Shown: positions 45,581 to 61,790 of the stretch, piece by piece
How positions within the stretch are numbered: the stretch's first letter is position 1
How the letters are laid out: each line of letters begins with the position of its first letter
Assembly: GCF_009914755.1 (NCBI RefSeq)
Contig: NC_060929.1
DNA: 64,000 nucleotides
Source: the human T2T-CHM13v2.0 reference genome, Homo sapiens
Strand: one strand, 5' to 3'
The notes under the pieces: generated by a model
Told to the model about the DNA's origin: nothing
Seen by the model: only the letters and a program-made list of their open reading frames with translations
Database searches by the model: none
Position numbers and translations under genes: made by a program

Positions 45581-48500
45581 CCCTTCTTGATTCTGCAACG
45601 GAGAAGATAATTTTAGGAAAATATAGCATTTTCTCTAGCCAATGTTATTCAGTGTTTGTTCAGAACAAAGAATTGTGTGAGGTAATGAGTAAGATACAAA
45701 GGCAACTGAGAAACATTTACCAAATATCTATCCTTATGCCAAAAACTTTGTTAAATCCTTGGGTCATAAAGACATAGAAAACAGCACACTCAAGGAATGG
45801 AGGAGAGAAGGCAATTTAGACTATTGTGTGTCATGTGCTGAACAGAAGGTACCTGCAGAGTGCTGGCACAGCACAAGCAATGACACCGTTTATCCTACTT
45901 GGTCGGGGTGGAGTAGGACTGTGGCAGAATTCCAGAGAAGGTAATCAGAACTTCCAGGTGAACAAGGGAGGAAAATGCAGCTCAGAAAGAAGGAGAGTAT
46001 CTGCTAATCCCACAGTCATGAAAATAATCACTGAGGCCCAGACCCAATGAGAGTGGCAGGGTGGTCAGAGTGGCAGGGCTTGTAGGGGAAGAAGATTCCA
46101 GCTCTTGAAGGCTCACAGTCTAGCAGTGGAGACACGGTGGGTAATAAACAACTCTTACAAGATCTGAATACATCAGAATAATATTGAAGTGACAAAGAAA
46201 CACACTTTGTGAGTTTTGGAGGTAAGCTTGGAGCTCAGGGTCAAGTTAAAATCCAGTTAGGAAGACTAGAAATGTTCCTAGGACAAGCTGGCTTTTAAAT
46301 AGTTTCATAAATAGTCTATGGTTGACAGGAATGAGCAAAATAGAACTTCAAATTAATTAAAATGCTCCTCTTCGATTTCAAAGCACACAAACAGTATGCA
46401 AAGCAACGTACCACCACGTGTACCATCCCAGCATTGACATAGTGTTTGCTCCCCAAGGTCATACAGTTTCTGTAAAACTGACTCTGTAATGATTTGTATC
46501 ATCTTCCTCTTTTATTTCCAAGAATTGTCTGACTTCTTTAGAGGAAAAGGCTATACTGTGCCAGGGAAAATATGGGAAAAGCATCTTGAATATCGAGTGG
46601 CAATGAGAATGCCCAAAGGAAAAGAATTTCCATCACAAAGTACTCTCTTCTCATGGAATCTTTGAAGTATGCCACTGGACTGCACATACCAAATTCCTCC
46701 TGCTTTGTTTCTGTTTTAAATTAATCATTTGTACATGTTGGGGCTTCAAATGTTTACTGGGTGATTATAAACACGCTGAAGTACTGAAAGGAAACTCCCG
46801 GGACACGATATTCACCCTCATCATCTTCTTAGATTTTATTTTGACGCGCCATCAATTGGAATTTTTAATTCAGGCTATTCTCCAATGTTGCAACAATTTT
46901 ACATACTAGATTATCAAAGTTCCAAGTCCTTTTATAAGGGTAATTAAACATGCCACGTTTGTTTCTAGAGCTCTGAGCCTGCAGTTGCTCCTCCACTGGT
47001 TCTATTACTATACTTAGTTTACTGCTTTCTGTTTTTTAATTTATGGTGCTTGAGAAATCTACTCACTTTTAATTTCTCGTAAATTTAGCACCAAAGCTAG
47101 AGAAAAAGAAACCCGATCACTTACAGGCTAGGTGGGTGACATTCTCAAAGACATGCCATGCTTCTGAGGCATTTTTTAAAACTGTTTTTCTTCTAAGGAG
47201 AAGGCTCCATTTTCTAGGAATCCAATATTGATTATATCACTCTTTTTGACATAATCCCATACTCCTTATGCAGACAAAAACACCATTGATTTTTATAAAC
47301 TAGTGGCATTTTTTTTTTCTATCACTGGAAGTTTTGTTTGGAAAAAAGAGAATGGAAGTGAGTTCAGAGCAATCTATCTTTCTACATAAGTATTTCTGTG
47401 GCACTTATCACAGCGGTACCTGGGCACTCAAAAGCTCTATTAGACTAAAACACATACACTGGAGGAAAAAAAACCTAGATGCTAAGAAAACAGAAAGTTA
47501 AAAACATCAAGAGAAATACGAAAAATGTTCTTTGTTCTTGGACAACCAATGGGAGTTGAAGACAATTCTCAGGAGCAATAGGAAAATATATCTTTTCCTA
47601 CATCCATTTATTTATTTAAAGGTTTCTAAAGGACTATTCTGGGCCTTTGATTTAAGTGCAAAACACCACTGAGATTTGTGTCTAATCAAGGATGGAATAT
47701 GACTCTCATTCTGGCATTCTGGGTAGTAGACGAAAGATAAAGCATACACATACATACACAAAATGAGGTAGCGACTGATGCTAAGAATGTTTAGAATTCT
47801 CCAACAGGACGGTCTTTTTTTCCCTTTGTACTCAAGAAAATGGGCCTGATGCTCATGCAGTTGGATTTCCATAGATTCTGGCATTTGTTATGAGAAATAC
47901 TTAGGAAATGGATTGTTTGATGGTGAAACTTGCAGAGCCAACTAAAGAGAAAGGGGCTGATGTCATAAGTCAAATTTCACATTAATTTTGTAAGTTAAGT
48001 GTCTTTTATTATTTACTGTAATATTAGTAAAATTATAGTAATATAGGCCTCATGTCATACAAAAGGGCAGGACAAATTGTAGTGTCAATGGCTATTTATT
48101 CCACTATTTTTAATATATGAGAGAAATTACTGAATAATTGCCTGATTTTTAATCAAAAATATCTGCTGCAATATTATTATATATGAAAATTCATATTTGA
48201 AAATAAGCCAGTTTCTTTTGCATATGTAATTTATAGGTTTATGTTACAGTCCAAGCCAACATATTGAGAAAAGCCACATTCATGGAGAAGGAATACATAT
48301 CTAATTTACAGGAGAGTCACTACTGTAAAGTTTTATTTGTATCGTGATGTAATTTCTGAGTAAAAATACCTCCTGCTCCATTTCATGGTGGGTAATCTGC
48401 TGATTCTTAGGATTTTCATCCTGGTTGGTTTAACAAAAACAACCAAATTTTTATGTGACATTTTTATATCAAAAACACTTCGATAGATATTACATTTCAA

Positions 48501-49140
48501 AGAGTAATGCCATCTTCATTTCGGATTTACGTAGAAATTGGCAAATTAAAAGTATGTTAATAAGGCCAACAGTGATAGTTCAGGAATAAGATTTAAACTG
48601 AGCTTCTGTGCCAATGAGTGCATTAACTTTATTCAAAAATAGTGTATGTAAAATGGCGCACAACTGACATGAGCTGATTATGATAATGTCTTAGAGCAAA
48701 TTTTTGAAAATCAGGTACCATAAAAATATACCATTAACTTTATGTTAATAAAATATTTTGCTTGATGCCTTTTAAATTATTCATTTGAAGTAGTCTAAAG
48801 ATATAAAAGAACTCTTATTATCATTCAATTTACATGATTACTTTTAAGTTCACTTTTTTGGTTTAACATAAACAGAGTATAAAATTCACATCAAGCTTTT
48901 GGTATTTAAAATGTGTAATTTTAATGCAAAAATTGAATGCTGTGTTACATTTTTAAGGTTGTCATTAGTATAAATATAATTTTGACTCCTGATTTGAAAC
49001 AATTTAACCCTTAGGAGAAATTATGATGTTTCTTAGGTTGACTCATTCTTGCTGCTTTGATTATAGATGAATTTCTTTGTAAAAACACTTTTAAAAGAAT
49101 CTAAGCACAGGGTTTTCCACAGATGCATTTGAAGAAATGA

Positions 49141-49446
<306 letters not shown>

Positions 49447-50203
49447 TAAACAACCTTTACGTGCCCAGGAATGTGTGGAGCTCTTCATGGCTTTATACAG
49501 GAAGACAGCACCCTGGCGGCCTCTAATTGCTTACAGTCAAACTGAAATTTCTACCATGGAGTTGCAACATTTATGGCACAGTGTTAGGCACATAATGCTA
49601 CCCAGAGAACTGGATTTATATTGTCAAAAAATAATGAGACAGCAAAATTGGATAAAAGTTCTAAATATGGTAGGGTATGACTTGAGTAGGGTGGATGTAA
49701 TCTATATTTTTAAAGAAGAGAGGGGATAGCCCTTTAGATGGGAGAGGTATTTGAATAAAAGATCACAGCCATCTCCTTTAGAATATATACAACATACAAA
49801 GCCTAGTTTCTGTTCTCAACATAAATAATTTAACATTTACATATATATTTATATATGCTTTAGTCTATATGCAAATATAAAACAAGTTACATAAACAAGT
49901 ACTTTAAGCCACACACAATTCCAAATATATACAGATACACAAAAAATTATCCAAATGCCAGACAATGGGTCACTTATTTCAAAAAGTGTTTTAAACTCTA
50001 TTCTTGGGAAGGAAGGAGGAGAAGAGGAAAAACGATGGAGAAACTTGACTTGAAGCCTCATGCTTCTTTCCCACATGTGCCCAAGTGATGATTGCCTCAC
50101 TCCTGTGTATTTAAGAGAATGAGATTCTATTGCATCTCATTTGGGCAAACCATCAATTATAACCTTCAGCATAGTCAGATATGAATTTTTGACTTTTGCG
50201 TAA

Positions 50204-50562
50204 TGCTATAGTTTGTGTCCCCAAAAGTATGTCTTGGAAACTTAATTCCCAATGCAACAATGTTGGAAGGTGGGGTGTAATAGGAGGTGCTTAGATCATG
50301 AGGGCCCCATGTTCATGAATGAACTAATGCCAGAAAGACATCATAAAAGGACTTGAGCCTGCAAGTTCAAGCTCACTCTCTCTAGCACTTATGCTTTCTT
50401 GCTTTTTCACTACGGATAATGTAGCAAGAAACTCCTTGCCAGATGTGGGCCCCTCAACCTTGGACATCCCAGCCACTGGACCTGTAGGAAATAGATCTCA
50501 GTTCCCTATAAACTACCTAGTCTCAGTTACTCTGTCATAGCAGCAAAAAATGAACTAAGACC
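50204..50562 (+). mobile_element. MaLR solo LTR (MSTD-like)
   Basis: TGCTATAGTTTG...AACTTAATTCCCAATGCAAC...TCATGAGGGC...ATAGCAGCA...ACTAAGAC. Confidence 0.85.
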
Positions 50563-50949
50563 CATGGCTCAGTACAACACTATCTCCAGAATGTTACTAA
50601 TTTGACACGACTGGCCAAGGCATTAAATGAGGTTCCCAAGAGCTTGGTAATATTTGTAGAATTAACATGCCTTATTCCATCAAAATTGCAAGGAACTGTG
50701 CAAGCTAGTCATCTCTCCTCCTACCCAGTTGAAACTCCTTGTACAATATTATTTACAGTGGTTCATCTAAGTTCAGTTTGAATGGTTTATAAAAAAGAGA
50801 GGGCAATATTCTGTGGGCACTACTTGCTCGTTCTACTGGTCTTTCAAACATTTGAAGACATACATCACATTATTTTAATATCTTCCTTTGCTAAGCTAAG
50901 CGTGTGTGTTCCTTCATCTATTCTTCTCATAAAAGAGCTCTTAAGTTAA

Positions 50950-51289
<340 letters not shown>

Positions 51290-51365
51290 CAGGGCACTTT
51301 TAGGTTTTCTTTTATTTCGTTCTGTAAAGCATATTTATCAATGCTACTCTACAGCGATCCAGTGG

Positions 51366-51368
<3 letters not shown>

Positions 51369-51412
<44 letters not shown>
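51369..51412. repeat. (CA)22 microsatellite
   Basis: Uninterrupted CA run. Confidence 0.97.
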
Positions 51413-51414
<2 letters not shown>

Positions 51415-52018
51415 GAACTCTGGCCTCAAGAAATTTATATTCAAGAGGGGGAAGGTAAATATGTATCAAAGAACAACACAAATATACCATTATAAGTTGT
51501 GTTAAATGTGAAAAAGGACATTACCCCAATCAAAATATAATATCCAGAATGCTACATAAAATTCTCTATCTGATCAGACTTGCACAGAAAATAAAGAAAC
51601 TATTATTGACCTTGAGCTGAATACTACATTTTTAATACCGCAACCTAAAGATTGCTTTCACAAGTTCATATTGACCACGTGGTTAACTCAAACCTCTGGG
51701 TCTTTTTCAAATGAACTACTGTCATACTAACTTTCTTCTCTGCTTATATAATTAATTTTTGAACATCAGTAGAAAACCTCATAGATATGCCTGTAAAATT
51801 CCATCATCTTGGTTATGGCCCTAAATGTCTAACATGTCAAAGTCATTATTGAGTCATAATTAAGACAGTTGAAACATTTAGTAAACTTTTGTGTCAGTGA
51901 AAAATGTGATCAATGTTACTTCAGTGACTTCAGGAAAGTACCAAACCAAAGGTAGGACCACGAGGTGTGTATCAAACACATGTTCAAGTTGATTTACTGA
52001 TTCATATACTTAACTATA

Positions 52019-52990
<972 letters not shown>

Positions 52991-55036
52991 TGATTCTAGT
53001 AACCCTTTTGTCTAAGGAAATTAGATTTGTTAGCCACGATTTGTTTGTCTGTAGTAAATTGATGCTGGCTTACAGTGATCATCTCTTTTCTAATACCATC
53101 TGTTTAATAATCTACCATAAAAGCTAACTAGTTTATTAGACAAATTCCATTGCTCTGTGCATCATTCACAGTAGAATAATACGTATTTTTTCTCTGATCT
53201 TTTGGATATTTAATTTTCTAAGGTCTCAGGCACATGGTTCCCAAAGTTATTGAGTGTGAGCAATTTTTTGCAATTGTCAAAAATTATCTCAGACCCCCAA
53301 AGTCTGGTAGTTGTACTTTAATAGTTGCTGTTTATTAAAATAAAATACATAATGGTAAAAATGTATTAAGTAACTGTCATCTTTAAATAAAATTCTGTTT
53401 TATTAATCAAAGCATTCCTGTAACTTGGAAAGACTATTCCACTTATGTATAGGAAATATTACTTATTCGATTTGTGTCTAAATCTAGTATGAACAACTTT
53501 TCAATCTCTTTCAATCTGGGCCCAGGGATAAGTGGGCCGGATGAGGAAGTCCTGTAACAGTGCATTTGTTTGACTATGCCTAACATTTTATCCCTGGCCC
53601 CTTTCAAATAAATGCAAGACCCCATTGTCCCTTTCTTCTCAAATCCCCTTCACTTCTTCCTGTCAACCTCTATGGAGGCTGCTCTTTTGACTCTGCTCAA
53701 TAGGCATCTTGAAATGAAAAGATGACCTGATGCGGAAGAACATTTAGGCCCTCAAGCCCACAAAGAACCTGGGGCATGAGCTGACACTAGAAAAACTTCA
53801 CTTAGAACCAGAAAGTGCGGTTGGGCATGGAGCAGTTCTTTTGGCTTCCTCTAGCACAGAAAAAAAAAAAAAAGACTATAGTCCAGATACTCACAGGGGA
53901 TAATTACCTGACAGACTGACCCTAATGAAAAAGCATTGCACAGCCCCTTCTTAAAAGCTTTTGGTGTGTGCTTTTTTAGATAGCAGTGCTCAAATGTGGA
54001 CAACTGATAATGCCCAAATTTTCTTTCTGTCTGCTTTGGGCAGTTTATTTTTAAAATGAGGTTAAGCAAACTGCAGTTTAGGGGAAAATACACTTATTTT
54101 TACCTTAGTAAACTGATTGTCATTTTGACATATCACCTTTATGGTTGACACAACCTTGACAACGTGACACATTAGCTCAGAAAAAAAAAAAAAAGATTTT
54201 TCAGAATCAGATCCATACCAAGCAGCAGTATTTTTCTTTAAAAATGTTATTGTTGTTATTAGGATTTGCTCTCTGTAAAAGATTGTGGACTGGAGTCTGA
54301 CACTCCATAATTCATGGTTGATAATTAGTGTGTTGGGTGTCAAAACCTTGGTTTTTTGCTCCCCATGCAGCAATGGGATACACACTTTGTCCAGTCTCTG
54401 CCTTAATTTTTGAGATCATGGTACACAGTGAACACAAAACTGCTGAACGCACTCAATGTCTCCACATTGCTGATTGAAATCTTGGCAAAGGTTATCATTG
54501 TCTCCGAACACCAAGACATAAACTGCTTGAATGAAGGGCTTTGTAATGCATAGGTTTTAGTCAAACTTGTCACAAGAGGTGTAGCACATGAAGTTGAAGG
54601 ATCTCAGAAAATGGTCCTCTTGATGTCTGGATTAATGTGAATAGCTAAAGAGCTGCCATATCCAAGTTAAAATATCTTTGTAAGTGGCCAGTTGTTTGAA
54701 ACCTGGTAATAATGACACTTAAATTATAATACCAGGCCTTTTACTTTTATTTTTCCCAAATATCCTCCTGCAGAAGCAGTTGGTTGTGTGACTCAGATTA
54801 GGGGAATAACTATCATTCTACAAACATTCCAGCAGCTTGAGACTTCGACACCTGATTATCCAACTGGTCTTCTTGTTTCTGATCCACTTCGCTTCTTTTC
54901 TCCAGAAAAATCTTCCTAAAATACTCCTTATAGCACATATTTTTTTTTCCATCGCTCTGCATTTGCATTTCAGGTCTGCAGCCTAGGAGGGAATAAATAG
55001 CCTTCTACATGCTGGTTATTACAAGTCTCAAATTTA

Positions 55037-55412
<376 letters not shown>

Positions 55413-55540
55413 TCACTTTTTTGTGATATTCTTGTACCCTAGCTGACCTTCTTTCTCAACTCTGTGGGATGGATATGTTTTAGGGATAGCAAGACACAAT
55501 GAGAAGCAGGGTGACATAGTAGAAAGATCACGATTTAGGA

Positions 55541-55867
55541 CAGGGTTGGAAAAATTTATCTGGAAAGAGCCAGACAGTAAGTATTTTAGGCATTGCACAC
55601 CAGACAGTCTGTGTTGCAACTACTCAACTCTGCTGTTATAGTATGAAAACAGCCATAGACAATACCTAAACACATGGGCATGGTGTTCCAATACAATTTT
55701 ATTTATGGACACAGTAATTGGAATTATAGAATTTTCATGTGTCATGAAATATTCCTCATTTAAACATTTCAATCTTTTAAAAATATAAAAAACATTCTTT
55801 TCACAGGCCACACAAAAACAGGTTGTCGGCCAGATTTGGCTTGCAGGCTATAATTTGCCAACCTCTA
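55541..55867 (-). mobile_element. MER58B, full length
   Basis: GTTGCAACTACTCAACTCTGC...CAGCCATAGACAATA...GGCCAGATTTGGC...TTTGCCAACCTCT; TSD ATTTAGGA / GTTTAGGA. Confidence 0.88.
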
Positions 55868-55973
55868 GTTTAGGAAAGAGATTGATTTGGATATGAATCC
55901 CAGCTCTGTCATATAGATGACCCTAGTGATAGATTGTTTAGCATCTCTGGACTTTAGTTTAACAGTTAAGTAA

Positions 55974-56030
55974 GTGTGTGTGTGTGTGTGTGCATGTGTG
56001 TGAGAGAGAGAGAGAGAAAGAGAGAGAGAG
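55974..56030. repeat. (TG)n(GA)n compound microsatellite
   Basis: Directly visible. Confidence 0.92.
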
Positions 56031-56289
56031 GTATAGAAAGGGAGAGAGGGAGGAGAAAACCATCTACCTGTTGCAGGAGTATTTGACATTTGATAAGTTA
56101 TCATAAGTAGAACAACTAGCATGGTATCTTGATCCAGTAGGGGCTCCAGAATTATGACATGCCTCTGTTCTGGGAAATCAGATATTATGTCTCTCGTATG
56201 TAACCATAAGAACACCAGCAACTAATAATCACTCATTAATTACTGCTAATGTGGAAAAGACTAGATTTCATCTCTTTACTCTCTTACTC

Positions 56290-57160
<871 letters not shown>

Positions 57161-57379
57161 ATAAGTTAACTATTAGTAATAGTACTACTACGACTAATAT
57201 TATTAAATAGCTTCAGGGAGCCTACTGAACAAAGTTCAAATTACACAGCTTTATTAAAACTGTCTTATCAACCAGTCTATCCTAAACTTTCGACGTTCTC
57301 CTCTCTGTGTGTCAAATACTTATCTGCTTGTTTTACCCTATCCTGCTCATAACTTCCTCATTTCCACTGAAATGTCGTT

Positions 57380-57742
57380 GCTCATGAGCTTTCTCTTATC
57401 TGAAAAATCTTTGCTCTAACTTTACTTCAATGAAACGCTGTCAGAATTTCCTGATTTTGGTTAAATTCAACCTCTCCAGGGCCCTTCCTAAGAACTGTAG
57501 ACCCTGCTGATTTTTTTCTGCACTTTTAATATCAATTACAGTTTTCTAGTGTCTAATATAATTTTGCACCTTATTGTATATGACATTGTTTCATTCTCTA
57601 ATTATTCCACATTTATAGGTCTTGTCTTGGGAACCAGAGTGCAATCACCTGTAAAGGGAGGGATGGTGAGAACTGCTTCTTCTGGATTCTGCTTATTTCT
57701 AATATAACCTACATCACTTTGCCCGCCTATCTGTTGATTGAT
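57380..57742 (+). mobile_element. L2 3' region
   Basis: CCTCTCCAGGGCCCTTCC...ends TGTTGATTGA; highly diverged. Confidence 0.45.
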
Positions 57743-59789
57743 ACAGTCACTCGAGCAGATCAAATCTACAGTATTCCTGATCCTGGATCCCACCCTGATC
57801 CTGACCCTTAGTACAGACCTCTCCATATGACGAAATACTCTGTACCCACTGGGGGGATGTATTACATAGTCCATTTTTCCTAATGCCTAATTTCTATAAT
57901 ATCACTGTTCCAGCCCTGGCTGAACCCACTGCTTCTGGTGACACAGGCAGATTTTACCTTTCACAGCAGTTTATTTTGTTGAATTTTTAATGCAAATCTT
58001 CGACCTTACACTTAGGTAGAACATGTCCTTTTAAGGTTGAGTGTCTGGGTTCCCTTTTGAATATCTCATGGATTCTCAGTTATTCACCACATGATGGCTG
58101 CTTTTTTCACTGGAGTTTATTAGCGACCCAGTTAATTGTAATGAATTGGGTAGCATTTGGCAAGGCTGATTTTGGTCATTCAAATACAGATTTTCTACTT
58201 CTAGATACTTTGTCTTCTGTTGCATTAGAGATTAGAGAGACTTATACTTTCTTTTCTTCACCCTGCCTTTTTTGCTCAAATATTGTATATGATTTTTCAT
58301 TTGTGCTTTTTATTTTTTATTTTTTTATTTTTTATTTTTTTTTTCAGAGGGAGAGAAAAAAGCCAAAGGGTGGGAACTGGAAGGAGGGGAAGAATATGAT
58401 GACATTGTTACTTTCTGCCAGGAGACATCCCTTCTTCTCAGTGCCTCTGGCCAAGGAGGTTCCAATCATATGCCCTTCCAAGCTAGTAAGCTCCTCTACC
58501 CTATCAGCCACAGGGTGCATGGCAGGGTAATGTATGATGCTGCTCTGCCCTGCAGACTAGACCTTCTGGTCTCACAATCCCATAGCCCATGCAAGAAGGA
58601 GAGGGAAAGCTGCTTTGGTACCAAGTTGCAGAGTGGCGAAAATTGAAACAGACTTAAGTGGAAAAAAACGTTTTTGCCAGCTCCTCTATTGGCCTACTAT
58701 CTCCTTCAGCAGGAGAAGGTATCAAGCTGCTGAAATTTAAAATGGTTGGAAATATCAAGAGCTGTGTCTTCTTGAATAAATCTAGTTCCCCCTGAGCACT
58801 GGAAAGAACGGCTAAACCCCAACACTGGTCAGAAAAACTGGGCATCTTTCTATGAGCTCTGGCCTTTGGAAAAAAATTAATGACAAGAAATGCCTCTCTT
58901 TATTATCACAAAAGAATGGAGGAGAAATATTTTTCAGCCAGAGCTCTGTCCTACCTTGCTTTATCCTTTTGTTTGGGCAGCATTCGCAGACCCATATGCT
59001 AAGCGGTGGAAGATATTTTTCAGAAGCATTTGTCTCCTTGGGAGGCTTCTAAGCTTGTTTTACTGGCAACTGTGAAATCACCACTGGGTCTGTTGTGAGG
59101 TTATTCTGCAGATGGTTTGCATGGGCGGCTTGTTTCTACTGGATGAAATCTCCCTTTGGACTCCAGCTTGGATTTAAGAAATTCATGCATTACTACTCTT
59201 TGCTTTCTTATGATAAAGTCCTCACACTGTTGCACCTGGAGACCTGTTGTCCTCCAGAGTTATTTAGGGTAAAGGGGGTGTAACAGGGTGGAGGTCCTGT
59301 CAAGTCACAGTGGTGGAAAAGGACAATCTCTGAAGCTTCATCTGCCATCATGGTCAATTCTAGTATTAGTATGGATGGGTGGCAGGTGGTCCGGCAGTTT
59401 TCTCAGTACACGTCGAAATCAACGTCCAATGGGAGCTCAAAATAACCTTATAGAATTTCACCTAAAGGCAGATGGCAACAGTTATCTTGCACTTGTGGTT
59501 TTTTTTTCTCTCTCTCCTCTTCTTCCCCAAAACAACCACAATTACACATGCAATTCATGCCAGGGACATTTATATGTGCCCAAGAGCATGCAGTCCTTTT
59601 AGATATACTCATTTCAGCATTATCACTTTAAAAATAGAACGCTAAAGTATAAAATGGATCACTCTAGTTTGCAGAGGAGAAAAGTTATGCTGTAACTTTT
59701 TAAAGACTTTGGTTTATTTTAATTTCTTCAATGGCCAAAAAGATTCAAAACCAAATGTACTTTTCATGAAGTCAAAGAGAGAACGGACT

Positions 59790-60090
59790 TGTGTGTCACG
59801 GAATTGGGTTTTTTGACTTTTCCGAAATAAGTTCGAATGTCTGTACCGTTGCTCACTGGTGGTTGGACTCTGCTAGGCTATTTAACATTTCTGAATCTGT
59901 GTGTCCATCTGTAAAATAGGGATAATACAGCCTCGTTCAGAGACGATGTGGTGATTAAGCATGTATTAGGTTGGTGCAAAAGTAATTGCAGTTTTTGCCA
60001 CTGAAAGTAATGGAAAAACCACAATTACTTTTGCACCAACCTAATAATTTGTAAAATCTTAGCAACAGGTTGTCACCTAATACAGTCAGC
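59790..60090 (+). mobile_element. MIR split by MADE1
   Basis: GTTCGAAT...CATCTGTAAAATAGGGATAATA...GATTAA; resumes TGTAAAATCTTAGCA. Confidence 0.7.
59966..60044. mobile_element. MADE1 mariner MITE
   Basis: TTAGGTTGGTGCAAAAGTAATTG...CAATTACTTTTGCACCAACCTAA (23-bp perfect outer inverted repeat); TA TSD at 59964-59965 and 60045-60046. Confidence 0.96.
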
Positions 60091-60320
60091 TATTGTTTAT
60101 TGAGTAGTTTCTTTTGGCTAGGCTTTTTTGTATTTTTTGGGTCTTAGCTAATTTTCATTATAACCTTGTGTGCCAAGTAACATGACTATACCCTGCTTAG
60201 ATGGGGAAATTCAGGCAGGAAAAAGCGTCAACTTCCTCAAGGCTGCAAGAGGAGTAATTCTTTGCAGTGTTATTTGAACCTGTGCTTTTAGTGACTGGTC
60301 CATTTTGGCTTTCCATGTAG
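60090..60320 (-). mobile_element. MIR
   Basis: TTTATTGAGT...AGATGGGGAAATTCAGGC...AACTTCCTCAAGG...ATTTGAACC. Confidence 0.65.
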
Positions 60321-61231
60321 CATATAGATAGGCAAAGAATTTGAGAGCAAAGAATCACTTCTCTTTGCTCCCAAATTTCTGGGCCTTCATTTAGCTCATT
60401 TGTAAAATTTATGTGAGTAGATGAGTGAGTCTTAAAAGAGATGCACATTCAACACACCTGGGGAAATGTTTTTTAACCTGCTCGAGGCCAGACCTAGCAT
60501 TATGAAGCTTCTGTCTTTATGGTATTTATTGAGGGTCTTGAAATCTGAGTTATTCTGATGCAATAGTATTCTGATGCAAAGCTCCTAAAAAGTAATCAGG
60601 TAAAAAAGTTATACTAACCAACAATTACTCTTAATATTCCATTTCTTGAAGTTTTGCATTAATCCAGAGGCAGAAGAAAATCTGTCTTTGAAAATATTTA
60701 GTATGCCTCCCCTCGGAGGGTCGCTAGTGCCAAAATATGGCTATGATGTTTGTCTCGCGAGTGCCTCACCACCTGGTTCTCCTTTGTAAGTGACCTTGGG
60801 ACTTTCAGATACTCACATGGAGTTGTCTTGCTTTTTGTATTTTAAACAATTCTCATTTCAGCAACGTGTTTGACAGCAGCCTTCCTCTACTTACGTGGCA
60901 GTAGTACAATACAGGCTTTTAAACCACCCTTAACAAAACTACCCCCATGCTGCTTTCTTTCTTGATATGTCATTGCCCTTAGTTCATTTTTAGCACTTAT
61001 AAAAGATTGTATGCTTTTTATAAGCATTGATCTAAACCAAGTGTAAGTTGTGATCAAATTTCTCAATGTTAATAAGTGGCAGAGAAAATTTTTATGGCAT
61101 TGAAAAGGAAAAGTGAATTCAAGTTGACTGTGCTTCCAAACATTAATCTAAAGGAACCTCTTTCTTAGCATGTCAACCAGCGAATGTGCCCACTTTAATT
61201 GAAAGTAGCAGAGTAGCATCTGCTTAGCAAT

Positions 61232-61296
61232 GAGAGAGAGTGAGAGCGAGAGAGAGAAAGCGTGTGTGTGTGTGTGTCTGTGCATGTGTGTGTGTA
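61232..61296. repeat. (GA)n(TG)n compound microsatellite, imperfect
   Basis: Directly visible. Confidence 0.9.
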
Positions 61297-61544
61297 CATG
61301 CCTCTTGTTTTTTGGGGAAAAACTAAAGATTAAATATGACACATACTATCAAAAATCATTGTGAAAATTACAACAGATATCCTAAGTATATGAGGGTTTG
61401 ATATCAAGCATCATAAGGAAATCAAAACCTGCAAATATTTGTCTTTTCAAAATTATCTTTTGCATCAAGAAAAAAAGAAACAAGTCTTCAGCAGCATGCA
61501 ATAAAAGTTTTTTTTTCTTTTTAAATTAAGAGTGATTGAATGCT

Positions 61545-61790
61545 TGCCATGTCACAGTTACTGCTGTAGTAATAAATGCTTTCGTGTGTGGTATTTTATT
61601 TAATCATCATGGCAAACCTATGAGGTAGGTGCTATTATTGCTGTTTTTTCCATCTCTCAGATGAAAAAACCTGACTCTCAGAGATATTTGAACAACTTAT
61701 CCCAAATCATTCTGCTAGAAATGGTGGAGTCAAGATTTAATCTGATTCATAGCCTGAGATCGTTATCACTGTGTGGTATAGCTTCCCAAC
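61545..61790 (-). mobile_element. MIR
   Basis: ATTTAATCATCA...CCTATGAGGTAGGTGCTATTATT...CAGATGA...CTCAGAGA...GGAGTCAAGATTTAA. Confidence 0.78.

Larger units (their letters stand above)
55501..56150 (+). mobile_element. MIR split by MER58B and a microsatellite
   Basis: CATAGTAGAAAGA before the insertion; TGAATCCCAGCTCTGTCA...TGACC after it. Confidence 0.6.

Noticed and set aside
47125-47192. Possible 68-nt minus-strand exon (CCTTCTCCTTAG...CCT|GTAAGT), one open frame RKTVLKNASEAWHVFENVTHLA
   Set aside because: Short pyrimidine tract, no recognisable protein, no partner exons; expected by chance in 64 kb
58057-58530. 157-aa ORF and a possible plus-strand exon 58348-58526 (T-rich CAG acceptor, AGG|GTAATG)
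   Set aside because: Non-ATG start, runs through a T-rich low-complexity tract, peptide not recognisable, donor mediocre
59829-59841. GTTCGAAT tRNA B-box-like motif
   Set aside because: Part of the tRNA-derived MIR head; no cloverleaf
60730-60740. CCAAAATATGG as a CArG box
   Set aside because: Seven rather than six A/T between CC and GG
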